Below, piece by piece: positions 28,025-37,769 of a stretch of 64,000 nucleotides of DNA (positions within the stretch are counted from its first letter, which is position 1; each line of letters begins with the position of its first letter). This DNA comes from Thermococcaceae archaeon (GTDB lineage Archaea > Methanobacteriota_B > Thermococci > Thermococcales > Thermococcaceae). Where the stretch lies: positions 1,068 to 65,067 of the forward strand of contig JASGLT010000010.1 of the NCBI GenBank assembly GCA_030156945.1, given 5' to 3'. A program made the translations under genes and the position numbers. The notes under the pieces were generated by a model. The model did not search any database. It saw nothing but the letters and a program-made list of their open reading frames with translations, and was not told where the DNA came from.

Positions 28025-28562
28025 AGGTACTGGAAAGGCCCGTTATTCAGCTGGAAAGCTCTACGTGGAGCTTCCCTTCGAAGTGGAGGAAGGGGACAGT
28101 GTAGCCGTAAACGGGGCCTGCCTTACCGTTGTTTCCTTTGACGGAAAAACTGCCGTCTTCGACGTTGGTGAGGAGACCCTCGCGAGGACAAACCTGAGGG
28201 AGGCGAAGGTGGTCAACCTGGAGAGGGCTCTACCTGCCAACGGTCGCTTCGACGGGCACATAGTTACCGGCCACGTTGACGGGACGATAAGGTTCATAGC
28301 GAAGAGGGGGAGCGGGAACACGACGTGGATAGCCTTTGAGATGCCAAAGGAAAAGTGGGGGGTCGCTGAAAAGGGCTCGATAGCCCTAAACGGTGTCTCA
28401 CTCACCGTCGCTAAGGTCGAGGCAACCCGCTTCTGGATTCAGGTGATTCCTTATACCCTTGAAAAGACAAACCTGGGCCTCCTTCGGCCGGGCGAAAGGG
28501 TGAACTACGAGATAGACGTCCTGGCGAGGTACGTGAAGAGGATTCTGGAGGTGAGAGGATGA
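28005..28562 (+). CDS. ribE: Riboflavin synthase, bacterial/eukaryotic type (alpha chain)
   Basis: N-terminal 'MFTGIVE', 'GDSVAVNGACLTV', 'GHIVTGHVD', 'VNYEIDVLARY'. Confidence 0.96.
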   Translation: MFTGIVEGTGKARYSAGKLYVELPFEVEEGDSVAVNGACLTVVSFDGKTAVFDVGEETLARTNLREAKVVNLERALPANGRFDGHIVTGHVDGTIRFIAKRGSGNTTWIAFEMPKEKWGVAEKGSIALNGVSLTVAKVEATRFWIQVIPYTLEKTNLGLLRPGERVNYEIDVLARYVKRILEVRG

Positions 28563-29719
28563 ACTGGGGGAAAATACGGAAAAAAGTCCTTGAGGGGAAA
28601 CCGATTGTTCTCATCGACGACAGGAGGGAGTTCGAGGCCGACCTCATTTATCCGGCCGAGATAGCCTCTCCAGAGGTCGTCAACTTCATGCTCTCCATGA
28701 AAGGCCTCCTCTGCCTCACGATGGACATGGAGGAGGCCTTAAAGAGGGGATTCTTTCCGCTTCCAAGCAAGGAGGGAGAGACGAACTTTCTGGTTCCGGT
28801 TGATTACAAGGAAACTTTCACGGGCATAACTGCTGAGGAAAGAGCCTTAACGGCCCGGAAGATCGCTGAAGGGCTTGGCGTAGAGGCCTTCCGCTATCCG
28901 GGCCATCTCTACCTACTCGGCGGCATAGGCCTCAAGGGGAGGAGGGGGCACACGGAGAGCTCCCTTGAGCTGATGGAGATACTCGGCTTCAAGAGGTACG
29001 CCCTTATAGTTGAGATACTCGACGAGAAGGGGGACTCACACAACAGGGAGTACGCCCTGAAGCTCGCGGAGGAGCACGACCTTCCAGTTCTAACCACGGA
29101 CGACGTGTGGAAGGAGTTCGTGCGGAGAAAGCGGCTGGTGAGGATTTACGCCAGCGCGAGGCTCCCGACGAGGTACGGAGACTTCAGGATAATCGCCTTC
29201 GACAACGAGTTGGACTTCAAAGAGCACGTGGCAATAGTCAAGGAGCCTTACGGCGAGGTTCCGCTCGTCAGGGTTCACTCCAAGTGCCTCACAGGAGACA
29301 CGTTAGCTTCGCTCAAGTGCGACTGTGGCAGCCAGCTCGCCAACGCCCTCAGGATGATAGCACAGGAGGGCGGAATACTCCTCTACATGGACCAGGAGGG
29401 CAGGGGGATCGGCCTGAAGGAGAAGATAAAAGCCTATGAGCTCCAGGACAAGGGCTACGACACCGTTGAGGCCAACAAAGCCCTCGGCCGCGGTGAGGAC
29501 GAGAGGACTTACGAAGTTGCCTTCCAGATGCTCCGCGCGCTTGGCGTTTCTAAGGTCAGGCTGATAACCAACAACCCGAGGAAGGCAAAGGCCCTTGAGG
29601 AGTTTGGGATAGAGGTCGTTGAAATAGTCCCAGCCCCGGGGGAGGTCACGGAGCACAACAAGCCCTACCTGAAGGTCAAGGCCGAGAAGCTCGGCCACAA
29701 GCTCCCCTTCGAAGTCTGA
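28559..29719 (+). CDS. ribBA: Bifunctional DHBP synthase / GTP cyclohydrolase II
   Basis: 'RREFEADL', 'RRGHTE'; 'VRVHSKCLTGD', 'CDCGSQL', 'QEGRGIGL', 'LITNNPRK'. Confidence 0.96.
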   Translation: MNWGKIRKKVLEGKPIVLIDDRREFEADLIYPAEIASPEVVNFMLSMKGLLCLTMDMEEALKRGFFPLPSKEGETNFLVPVDYKETFTGITAEERALTARKIAEGLGVEAFRYPGHLYLLGGIGLKGRRGHTESSLELMEILGFKRYALIVEILDEKGDSHNREYALKLAEEHDLPVLTTDDVWKEFVRRKRLVRIYASARLPTRYGDFRIIAFDNELDFKEHVAIVKEPYGEVPLVRVHSKCLTGDTLASLKCDCGSQLANALRMIAQEGGILLYMDQEGRGIGLKEKIKAYELQDKGYDTVEANKALGRGEDERTYEVAFQMLRALGVSKVRLITNNPRKAKALEEFGIEVVEIVPAPGEVTEHNKPYLKVKAEKLGHKLPFEV

Positions 29720-29786
29720 GGAATTGTTTAATTGTTTGGTTGAGGAACTGCATAATTAGATAACTGCGGAAAACGGGGTGAATGGT

Positions 29787-30251
29787 ATGGAAGTCCGCGT
29801 AGTTGAGGGCGAATTTAAGGGCGAAGGCGTAAAGATTGGCGTCGTCGTTGCAAGGTTCAACGACCTCCTAACGAACGAGCTCCTCAGCGGTGCCCTTGAC
29901 TGCTTCGAGAGGCACGGCGTTGAGAAAGTTGACGTTGTAAAAGTACCTGGAAGCTTTGAGATACCGCTGGTTGCCAAAAAGCTCGCCGAGAGCGGGAAGT
30001 ACGACGCGGTTCTCGCCCTTGGAGCGGTTGTGAGGGGAGAAACCAAGCACTTCGACCTCGTTGCCAACGAGGTCGCAAAGGGCGTCGCAAAAGTCTCCCT
30101 CGACAGCGGCGTTCCTGTTATCTTCGGTGTGATAACTGTTGAGGACGAGCTCCAGGGGCTGGACAGGGCGGGAATAAAGAGCAACAAGGGCTTCGAGTAC
30201 GCTATGGCCGCGCTGGAGATGGCGAACTTGATGAAAAAGCTGAGGGATTAA
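29787..30251 (+). CDS. ribH: 6,7-dimethyl-8-ribityllumazine synthase
   Basis: 'ARFND', 'VPGSFEIP', '[13 protein letters not shown]', 'PVIFGV', 'NKG'. Confidence 0.97.
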   Translation: MEVRVVEGEFKGEGVKIGVVVARFNDLLTNELLSGALDCFERHGVEKVDVVKVPGSFEIPLVAKKLAESGKYDAVLALGAVVRGETKHFDLVANEVAKGVAKVSLDSGVPVIFGVITVEDELQGLDRAGIKSNKGFEYAMAALEMANLMKKLRD

Positions 30252-31386
30252 AGGCCTTCGCCTTTTTCCCTCTCCTCTATGAAAACCCTCACGTGCTCGG
30301 GGGCGCTCTGGAGTACTTCCCCTTTGAGCTCTCTCCTGTGGAGGTACGCCCATAGGAGCACCCCACCCCTCAGCCAGCGGTTTTCAATCCTCCTCCCGAA
30401 TTCCAGGGCCCTTTCGAAGTCCCCGACCCGTATGAAGCCGAGGGCGAGGTTCTCGTAGGCGGTATCGCCTCCCACCTCTTCCGCTACCTCTATTCCCCTC
30501 TCGGGATTCCCGTTGATTGCGTAGAGGTAAGCAAGGTGCGAGAGTGCCTCCGACCGATAGGGCTCCTCAAGGATGCGGTAGAGGGATTCAAGCGTTTCCG
30601 GCTCTTCGTGGATCCTGAAGAGGGCCCACCTGTAGTGGTTCGGGTTTTCAGGGAGTCGAGGAGGCACTTGGCGGCGTTGGGATCACCGTTGGCAAGGAAC
30701 CTTGAAGTGCTCCTTATGACGTCTTCCACCTCCCACGGGGCATAGGCCGGGGGGAGGGAGTCAACGTCAATGGGATAGGCGTCGAGGAGAGCCCGTAAGA
30801 GCGCCCTTAAACGGCCCAACTCCTCCAAAGCGGGCCTCCACCCGTAGCGGATAAAGGTGCCCCTCATCTTTTCAAGGTCTCTGAGCACCATGGCGTACAG
30901 CTTTACCGTGGATTCAAGCCACTCATCGAGGGGAACCTCGAAGTAGACTTCCTGATGGGGCCCGTACCACTCAAGGGAGAGTACCTTCAGCGTGTCCCCA
31001 TCCCTCGCCACGTGGAGGCTTATCCATGGGTCGTAGGAGCCGAGATGCACAACGGGGTGCCCTTCAAGGAAGAGCTCGAAGCTTTCCCGGGCGAGGGCCC
31101 TGTAGTAAGCCCTATCCTCCACCCTGCGCGTTGAGAGCTCCCCTATCTCAAAGGGCGGCTCAATGTCGAGAAGGTGGAAGTCTAGGAGGGCGAGCTCCTC
31201 AAGCCCCTCCGCGAGGAACACGTCGGCGCTGAAAACCGGGACTTCTCCTCGCCTGATGGATAGCATGCCGTAGTCGAAAAGCCTCCTCTCCCCGAGATAA
31301 TCCTCGATGCTTCCAGACCGGGAGAGCTCGGTCAGCCTTTCGAGGAGCCATTCCCTGCTCACTTCAACGGTCCAGCTCGCTTCCAT
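30248..31386 (-). pseudogene. Frameshifted hypothetical protein with TPR-like C-terminus
   Basis: ORFs 30490-31386 and 30248-30667 join if one A is added to the A4 run (plus strand TTTT 30645-30648), giving '...CLLDSLK-NPNHYRWAL...'. The C-terminal part has helical repeats 'YENLALGFIRVGDFERALE'. Confidence 0.6.
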
Positions 31387-31978
31387 AATCCATCACCTTG
31401 AGCAGCAGTCTGACGGGAGCGGTGTTTTCGAGGTAGGCCCTTCCGAGCCCGTGTTTAGCACACTCCTCAAAAAGACCCTTGAGCTCAAACTTCAGGGACT
31501 CCAAAAACCGTTTTTCGGCCTCAAGGAACCCTTGGACTGGCAGTATCACATCGCCCTCTTCCCTATGAAACACAAGCTCTTCCCCCACGCGTTCAACGTC
31601 CCCGTGAAAGCCTGCGAAGGAGAGGTAAATTCCCCGTTTCCTCTCCCGAGCCCTTAGCTTTACTCCCGTGATGCGGGCCATCTCAAAGGCCATCCCAATT
31701 CGTCCCCTCACGATGAGGCCGATGGTTAGTAATGCCTCCGCAAAATCCAGGTAATCCTCCTCCCCCCTTGCCAAGAAGAGGCCCCCTACAGAGAACTCAA
31801 CGCTCGCCCTCGGTCTCACGCACCCCTTGAGTCTTTCCCACGGCCCGGGACGAAAGAGCCTCCTGACAAAGTCCCCCTCAATTGCCGTTGCCTCGTCGAT
31901 TAGGGCCTCAAGGGCCTCTAGCTTTATGCACTCCCTGATGTCTTCCAACTCTGGATGGGCTTCTATTTTTACCCGCAT
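31364..31978 (-). CDS. Hypothetical protein
   Basis: Open frame overlapping the start of the downstream gene; promoter-like TTTATTAA upstream on the minus strand. Confidence 0.7.
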   Translation of the reverse strand: MRVKIEAHPELEDIRECIKLEALEALIDEATAIEGDFVRRLFRPGPWERLKGCVRPRASVEFSVGGLFLARGEEDYLDFAEALLTIGLIVRGRIGMAFEMARITGVKLRARERKRGIYLSFAGFHGDVERVGEELVFHREEGDVILPVQGFLEAEKRFLESLKFELKGLFEECAKHGLGRAYLENTAPVRLLLKVMDYGSELDR

Positions 31979-32039
31979 GTGGTTACATGAGGGGATGCTG
32001 TTAATAAAGTTTAGCCCGTGAAAGAGAAAAAAGCAAAAC

Positions 32040-32633
32040 TCACGCCTTTCCGCTCACGACCTCGAAGTCCCCATCCCTTTCCACTATCCCGATCGCGAGC
32101 ACCTTGTGCTCGAAGGGGAGTTCCATGACCTTTTTGAGAAGCTCTTCCAGGCTGGAAAAGCTCAGCTCAACGCTTTCAAAGCCCTCCATGTTGTAGGTAG
32201 CTGTCAGGAAGGCTTTCCCCTCTTCAAGCTCAAGCTCCCTGGCCCAGAGCTTATCTCTCCCAACAAAGCCGAGCCAGCCCTTCTTTTCCCCGCGCTTGAT
32301 TATCCCCGCTATCCTCGGGGTGTTATACTGGTCTCTCTCGTAGTCGAGCGCATCTAAGACGTGAACGAGGGCCTTCCTCGGCCTCTCCCACTCGAGGGCC
32401 TGGGTTATGAAGTCCGTGTGGAGGCCGTTGGTGACGACCGCGTAGTCCTTAGTTAGCCTCACGACGGGGTAGCTCACGTAAGGATTGTCAGTCTCGGTCT
32501 GGTTGAGGATGTAAACCGCGTTCCCCTTCACCACTGCCTTTCTGTTCGGGAAGGAGCGGGAGCAGAGGAGGTAGAAGGCGAAGGGCCTTCCGCTGTTCAG
32601 CCCTATTCCAAGGGTTCTCCCCACGTACCTCAC
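32040..32633 (-). CDS. purO: Archaeal IMP cyclohydrolase
   Basis: 'MRYVGR', 'SRSFPNR', 'NPYVSY', 'TNGLHTD', 'DYERDQYNTPRIAG'. Confidence 0.93.
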   Translation of the reverse strand: MRYVGRTLGIGLNSGRPFAFYLLCSRSFPNRKAVVKGNAVYILNQTETDNPYVSYPVVRLTKDYAVVTNGLHTDFITQALEWERPRKALVHVLDALDYERDQYNTPRIAGIIKRGEKKGWLGFVGRDKLWARELELEEGKAFLTATYNMEGFESVELSFSSLEELLKKVMELPFEHKVLAIGIVERDGDFEVVSGKA

Positions 32634-33562
32634 GTTACCACCCCCTCAAGAAGGCCTTCCTCCTCGGCAAGTTTGAGCTCCCTCGCTATCCTCTGCCCCA
32701 CGCTTAGCCTCTCGCCCCAGTAGAGCTCCGAGTACCAGTGGTCTGCATTACTGCCCCCGTCTATGCGCGAAGCTATTCCCACAGCCCTGAAAGAGCCGTC
32801 GTAGGCGAAGTGGAGGGCGAAGGGCCCGATAATTCCAGGGGGCTCGAGTTCCCTCATGGCCTCAACGAAAGCCATCCCGTAGTCGTAGAGCTGCGGAAGG
32901 AGCGACTCCCTGAGGGCAACTGCCCTGTTGCCCGCTATCGTGTAGGGAAGAGGCTTCACAGGCCAGCGGGCGTTGGCATCTGCTATGAGGACCCTCTCAT
33001 CCACCCCAATCAGCTCAAGCCTCTCCAGGATTGGAGAGTAGAAGAAGTGGACGTAGAGGTAAACGCCGGGGATGAAGCGTTCGACCCTGTGGGGCTCCTT
33101 AAGCTTTGAAAGCCTCGCCTCAAGCTCGCTTCCCCTTGCTATGAAATGGCCGCTTCCTCCCCTCGGCCCCTCGATCCTGACGAAGTAGAGCTCGTCCAGC
33201 TTAACGTCCTCTGGCTCGACAACCTCGACCCTCGGAATTCCGGCCCTATCGAGGGCCTTATCCTGGAGCTCGAAGGTCGTCTCCCACTTAAGGAAGCGCC
33301 TGTTTCCGAAGAACTTTGCTTTGGCCTTCTCTATCGCCTCCAGGCCGAGGTAGGCGACGAAGGAGCCGTGCGGGACAACGATGCCGTCATCGTCCAGGAT
33401 GGCGCTCATGTCATCAGTGACTAGGAGCTCGTCAACAACTGGAAGCGAGGAGTAGAAGGGCTTTCTCTTGGGTGAAACGTAGAGCCTCGTTTCAAGGCCC
33501 TCTTTCTTCGCTCCCAGAAGAATTTGGAGCGAGGAGTGGGAAGCTATCGTGGAGACTATCAC
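32630..33562 (-). CDS. purP: PurP-family ATP-grasp formate:AICAR ligase
   Basis: 'STIASHSSLQI', 'VPHGSFVAY', 'HFFYSP', 'GN...LRESLL', 'GPFAL', 'RIDGG'. Confidence 0.88.
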   Translation of the reverse strand: MIVSTIASHSSLQILLGAKKEGLETRLYVSPKRKPFYSSLPVVDELLVTDDMSAILDDDGIVVPHGSFVAYLGLEAIEKAKAKFFGNRRFLKWETTFELQDKALDRAGIPRVEVVEPEDVKLDELYFVRIEGPRGGSGHFIARGSELEARLSKLKEPHRVERFIPGVYLYVHFFYSPILERLELIGVDERVLIADANARWPVKPLPYTIAGNRAVALRESLLPQLYDYGMAFVEAMRELEPPGIIGPFALHFAYDGSFRAVGIASRIDGGSNADHWYSELYWGERLSVGQRIARELKLAEEEGLLEGVVT

Positions 33563-34218
33563 ACTATCACCTCCCTTAGCTCTTCCTGGCTCAGGAGCTT
33601 CCCGTTCTTCATAACGCGCATAGTGTCGCCGCTCAGCTCGTCTATGACGATGAGCTCTCCATCCCTCCTCCCGAACTCCAGCTTGAAATCAACGAGCTGG
33701 AGGCCCTTTGAGGAGAAGAACTCCCTCAGAATTCCTGCCACTTTCCGAGTTTTCTCCTTCATCTCCCTAACTTCTCCTTCGCTAGCTATCCCGAGCTTTA
33801 CTATGGCCTCTTCAGTTATCAGCGGGTCTTTGAGGGCGTCATCCTTCAGGGTGAACTCCACTATCCCGAGGGGCGTCAGTTCCTCCACCCAGCCGCGATA
33901 GCGCCTCAGGAAGCTCCCGTAGGCCAGCTCGCGGTAGATGACCTCAAGCGGTATCCTCTCCGCCTTCAGGAAGCGCGCCCTCCTCTCGTCAATCCGCTCT
34001 ACAAAGTGCGTCCTTATTCCGTTCTCTTCGAGGAGGCGGAAGAAGAACTCCGCTTCATCGAGAACGGCGCTCCCCTTGCCCTTCCGCTCGCCCACCACCT
34101 CGTTGCCGCCGGTGTCCTCCCTTCCGTCCTCGCCGAGGACTGAGTCCTTGAAGTAAAAGACGAGGTGGGGCTCGTCCTCGTACACATCTTTGGTCTTTCC
34201 GCGGTAGATCAACTTCAC
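33559..34218 (-). CDS. purC: SAICAR synthase
   Basis: 'YRGKTKDVY', 'IPLEVIYR', 'KDDALKDP', 'LVDFKLEFG', 'DELSGDTMR'. Confidence 0.95.
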   Translation of the reverse strand: MKLIYRGKTKDVYEDEPHLVFYFKDSVLGEDGREDTGGNEVVGERKGKGSAVLDEAEFFFRLLEENGIRTHFVERIDERRARFLKAERIPLEVIYRELAYGSFLRRYRGWVEELTPLGIVEFTLKDDALKDPLITEEAIVKLGIASEGEVREMKEKTRKVAGILREFFSSKGLQLVDFKLEFGRRDGELIVIDELSGDTMRVMKNGKLLSQEELREVIV

Positions 34219-35501
34219 TCCCGCTCACCCGCGAGCATGTCGTTGATTAGCTTTATCGCGCAGAGGTCGCCGCACATCGAGCAGGCCTCGGTCTTAGTCG
34301 GCCTCTCCTTCCTTATCTCGAGGAAGCGTTCCTTGTCCATCGAAAGATCGAACTGCCTGGCCCAGTTGAGCTTCCCCCTCGCGAGGGCCATAAGGTAATC
34401 CTTCCTAAAGTCGGCCTCGAAGCGGGTTAAGTTGACTGCATGAGCAGCTATCTTCGCCGCTATTACACCCTGCCTAACGTGCTCCACATCGGGAAGGCCG
34501 AGGTGTTCAGCGGGAGTCACGTAGCAGAGGAAGTCAGCGCCGTTCAGGGCCGCTATTGCTCCCCCTATTGCCGATGCTATGTGGTCGTAGCCTGGGAAGA
34601 TGTCGGTGACGATTGGGCCGAGAACGTAGAATGGTGCGTTGTCGGTGGCTACTTTGGCCAGCTTCACCTGGGCCGCTATCTGGTCAATGGGAACGTGGCC
34701 CGGCCCCTCGACCATGGTTTGAACTCCTGCTTCTCTCGCCCTTCTCACGAGCCTTCCGAGGGTGTAGAGTTCAGCTATCTGGAGCTCGTCGCCGGCATCC
34801 GGCAGACCGCCGGGTCTCAGGCCGTCGCCGAGGCTCAGGACAACGTCGTACTCCTTGGCCAGCTCAAGAAGGTAGTCGTAGTCCTTGTAAAACGGGTTTT
34901 CCTCGCCCCAGTGGAGTATCCACGCTGCTAAAAACGTCCCGCCGCGCGAGACCATTCCGACGGTTCTCTTCGTCCTCTTCATCTTCTCGACGACCTCTTT
35001 GGTGACGCCGACGTGGATGGTCGTGTAATCAACGCCGTCCTTGAAGTGCTTCTCGACAGCCTTCCACATATCCTCCTCTGTCATCTCTATGATGGCCTTG
35101 CCCTTCGCCAGCATCTCCTCAGCGGCCTGATAGATGGGAACCGTGCCAACGGGTACATCAACGGCGTGCATTATGGTCTTCCTTATCTCGTCGAGGTCGC
35201 CGCCCGTTGATAAGTCCATTATCGTGTCGGCGCCGTACTTTACCGCCACCTTGGCCTTTTCTATCTCGGCCTCAACATCGATGATGTCCCTTGAGGTGCC
35301 TATGTTCGCGTTAACCTTCACTCTAACTCCCGCACCAACGGCAACTGGCTTAACCCAGTCGTGGCAGACGTTGCGGAAGATGACGGTGTAGCCCTTGGCA
35401 ACGTTTCTCCTCAGCTTCTCGGCGTCTATTCCCTCCCTCTCGGCTATGAACTTCATTTCCTCCGTAATTACCCCACGCCTAGCTTCCTCAAGCTGGGTCA
35501 T
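34215..35501 (-). CDS. thiC: Phosphomethylpyrimidine synthase
   Basis: 'KVNANIGTS', 'DTIMDLSTGG', 'VSRGG', 'SLGDGLRPG', 'EGPGHVP', 'YVTPAEHL', 'CSMCGDLC'. Confidence 0.98.
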   Translation of the reverse strand: MTQLEEARRGVITEEMKFIAEREGIDAEKLRRNVAKGYTVIFRNVCHDWVKPVAVGAGVRVKVNANIGTSRDIIDVEAEIEKAKVAVKYGADTIMDLSTGGDLDEIRKTIMHAVDVPVGTVPIYQAAEEMLAKGKAIIEMTEEDMWKAVEKHFKDGVDYTTIHVGVTKEVVEKMKRTKRTVGMVSRGGTFLAAWILHWGEENPFYKDYDYLLELAKEYDVVLSLGDGLRPGGLPDAGDELQIAELYTLGRLVRRAREAGVQTMVEGPGHVPIDQIAAQVKLAKVATDNAPFYVLGPIVTDIFPGYDHIASAIGGAIAALNGADFLCYVTPAEHLGLPDVEHVRQGVIAAKIAAHAVNLTRFEADFRKDYLMALARGKLNWARQFDLSMDKERFLEIRKERPTKTEACSMCGDLCAIKLINDMLAGERE

Positions 35502-35513
35502 GCCTATCACCCG

Positions 35514-35564
35514 GTTTTAAAACTCGTTTATAACAAAGTTTTTAAATTCCAAAACTTAGTTTTG
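35514..35564. promoter_or_regulatory. Divergent thiC/thi4 promoter with palindromic candidate operators
   Basis: GTTTTAAAAC (35514-35523, perfect palindrome), GTTTATAAC (35526-35534) and CAAAACT-T-AGTTTTG (35550-35564). Confidence 0.5.
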
Positions 35565-35595
35565 AGCGCAGCTTAAAAGGTTTTGGGTGGTGAAG

Positions 35596-36354
35596 ATGAG
35601 GGACGTCGAGATAAGCAGAGCGATAGTTGAAGCCTACTTCAACGACATCCTCCAGAACCTCCAGCTCGACGTTGCCATAGTCGGCGCCGGCCCTTCGGGG
35701 ATGGTGGCCGGCTACTACCTCGCCAAGGGCGGCGCGAAGGTGGCCATCTTTGAGAAGAAGCTCTCCGTGGGAGGAGGAATCTGGGGCGGGGCGATGGGCT
35801 TCAACCGCGTCGTCGTCCAGGAGAGCGCAAGGGAGATCCTCGACGAGTTTGGCGTGGATTACAAACCGGTTGGAAACGGCCTCTACGTCCTCGACTCGAT
35901 AGAGCTCGCCTCGACGCTCGCCAGCAAGACGGTAAAGGCGGGGGTGAAGATATTCAACATGGTGGAAGTGGAGGACCTCGTTGTTAAGGACGGCAGGGTC
36001 TCGGGCATCGTGGTGAACTGGACGCCTGTTAAAATGACGAACCTCCACGTTGACCCGCTGACCGTTGAAGCCAAGTTCGTGGTTGATTCAACCGGCCACG
36101 GGGCGCAGATCAGCCAGCACCTTCTCAAGCGCGGCCTACTGAAGTCCATACCCGGGGAAGGACCGATGTGGGCCGAGAAGGGCGAGGAGCTCACCGTTGA
36201 GCACACGAAGGAAGTCTTCCCGGGGCTCTACGCAACGGGAATGGCCGCTAACGCACTCTCGGGTGCGCCGAGGATGGGCCCGATATTCGGCGGAATGCTC
36301 CTTAGCGGGAGGAAGGCGGCCCTTGAGATACTCGGAAAGCTAGGGGGTGAGTGA
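35596..36354 (+). CDS. thi4: Sulfide-dependent adenosine diphosphate thiazole synthase (His-type Thi4)
   Basis: 'DVAIVGAGPSG', 'GGGIWGGAM', 'LHVDPL' (His where suicide Thi4 has Cys), 'DSTGHGA', 'PRMGPIFGGM'. Confidence 0.96.
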   Translation: MRDVEISRAIVEAYFNDILQNLQLDVAIVGAGPSGMVAGYYLAKGGAKVAIFEKKLSVGGGIWGGAMGFNRVVVQESAREILDEFGVDYKPVGNGLYVLDSIELASTLASKTVKAGVKIFNMVEVEDLVVKDGRVSGIVVNWTPVKMTNLHVDPLTVEAKFVVDSTGHGAQISQHLLKRGLLKSIPGEGPMWAEKGEELTVEHTKEVFPGLYATGMAANALSGAPRMGPIFGGMLLSGRKAALEILGKLGGE

Positions 36355-37150
36355 GTTGGAGTTCGTGGGGGAAGCCCTCAGGAAGCTCAGGGAAAAGAGG
36401 CCCCTCGTCCACAACATCACGAACTACGTTGTCATGAACGAAACAGCTAACGCTCTCCTCGCCATAGGGGCTTCTCCAGTCATGGCGCACGCGGTCGGGG
36501 AGATAGAGGAGATGGTCTCCATAGCGGACGCCCTCGTGATAAACATAGGCACCCTCGATGGGCGCTGGATCGAGTCTATGGAGCTCGCGGTTAGGGCCGC
36601 TTCGAGGCTTGGAAAGCCAGTGGTTCTCGACCCGGTCGGAGCGGGCGCCACGAAGCTGAGAACATCTACAGCGATGAGGCTCATAGAGCTCGGCGACATC
36701 TCCGTGATCAGGGGCAACTTTGGGGAGATATCGGCCCTCCTCGGCGAGCACGGGAAGACGAGGGGCGTTGATTCGGCGCACTTCTCGGCTGAGGACGCTT
36801 CAGAACTTGCCGCGGCCGCGAGCGAAAGGTTCGGAAGCGTGGTAGCGGTCACAGGGCCAGTGGACTTCGTGAGCGATGGAAAAACAACCTACGCCGTCGA
36901 AAACGGCCACGAACTGCTTGGAAGAGTCACGGGTACGGGGTGCATGGCAACGGCCATAACTGGGGCCTTTTTGGCCGTGGAAGATCCCCTCAAGGCGAGC
37001 ATCTCGGCCCTCGTGGCCTTCGAGGTGGCCGCCGAAAAGGCGAGCGAGGAGGCCCCTTACCCGGGAAGCTTCCACGCAAAGCTCTACGACTGGCTCTACA
37101 GGATAACGCCCGAGCTTCTGGTTGAGAGAGCGAGGGTGAGGAGGGTCTGA
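36347..37150 (+). CDS. thiM: Hydroxyethylthiazole kinase
   Basis: 'PLVHNITNYV', 'GASPVMA', 'INIGTL', 'VLDPVGAGAT', 'IRGNFGEI', 'VTGTGC'. Confidence 0.96.
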   Translation: MSELEFVGEALRKLREKRPLVHNITNYVVMNETANALLAIGASPVMAHAVGEIEEMVSIADALVINIGTLDGRWIESMELAVRAASRLGKPVVLDPVGAGATKLRTSTAMRLIELGDISVIRGNFGEISALLGEHGKTRGVDSAHFSAEDASELAAAASERFGSVVAVTGPVDFVSDGKTTYAVENGHELLGRVTGTGCMATAITGAFLAVEDPLKASISALVAFEVAAEKASEEAPYPGSFHAKLYDWLYRITPELLVERARVRRV

Positions 37151-37151
37151 A

Positions 37152-37769
37152 ATGGCCCTCCGCGATTCACTCCTTCTTTACGTCATAACAGCCAGAGGGG
37201 ACAGGAACGAGGTCGAGAAGGTAAGGGAGGCCCTTGAAGGGGGAGCAACGTCGATCCAGCTGAGGGCGAAAAAAGTGCCTGCGAGGGAAGCCTACCTCGC
37301 GGGAAAGGAGATGAGAAAGCTGGCGAGGGACTATGGAGCCCTTTTCTTCGTTGACGACAGGATAGACCTGGCTTTAGCTCTCGACGCCGATGGAGTCCAG
37401 CTCGGGCCGGAAGACATTCCAATCGAAGTCGCCAGGGAGATAGCGCCAAACCTGCTCATAGGCGCCTCCGTCTACAGCCTTGAAGAGGCCATTGAAGCCG
37501 AGAGGAAAGGGGCCGACTACCTCGGGGCGGGGGCGGTTTTTCCAACGCCAACAAAGCCCGAAGCGAGGGTTCTCGGCCTCGAAGGCCTGAGGGAGATCGT
37601 GAAGAGGGTTAAAATCCCGGTGGTGGCCATTGGGGGCATAACCGGAGACAACGCGAGGGAGGTCATGGCGACTGGAGCGGACGGAATAGCGGTCATATCC
37701 GCGGTGATGGGTGCCGATGACGTCAAGAAAGCGGCGAGGGAGCTTAGGAGCATTATCACCGGGGAGTGA
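37152..37769 (+). CDS. thiE: Thiamine-phosphate synthase (bacterial type)
   Basis: 'LYVIT', 'IQLRAK', 'DDRIDLALA', 'GVQLGPED', 'DYLGAGAVFPTPTK', 'VAIGGI'. Confidence 0.95.
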   Translation: MALRDSLLLYVITARGDRNEVEKVREALEGGATSIQLRAKKVPAREAYLAGKEMRKLARDYGALFFVDDRIDLALALDADGVQLGPEDIPIEVAREIAPNLLIGASVYSLEEAIEAERKGADYLGAGAVFPTPTKPEARVLGLEGLREIVKRVKIPVVAIGGITGDNAREVMATGADGIAVISAVMGADDVKKAARELRSIITGE

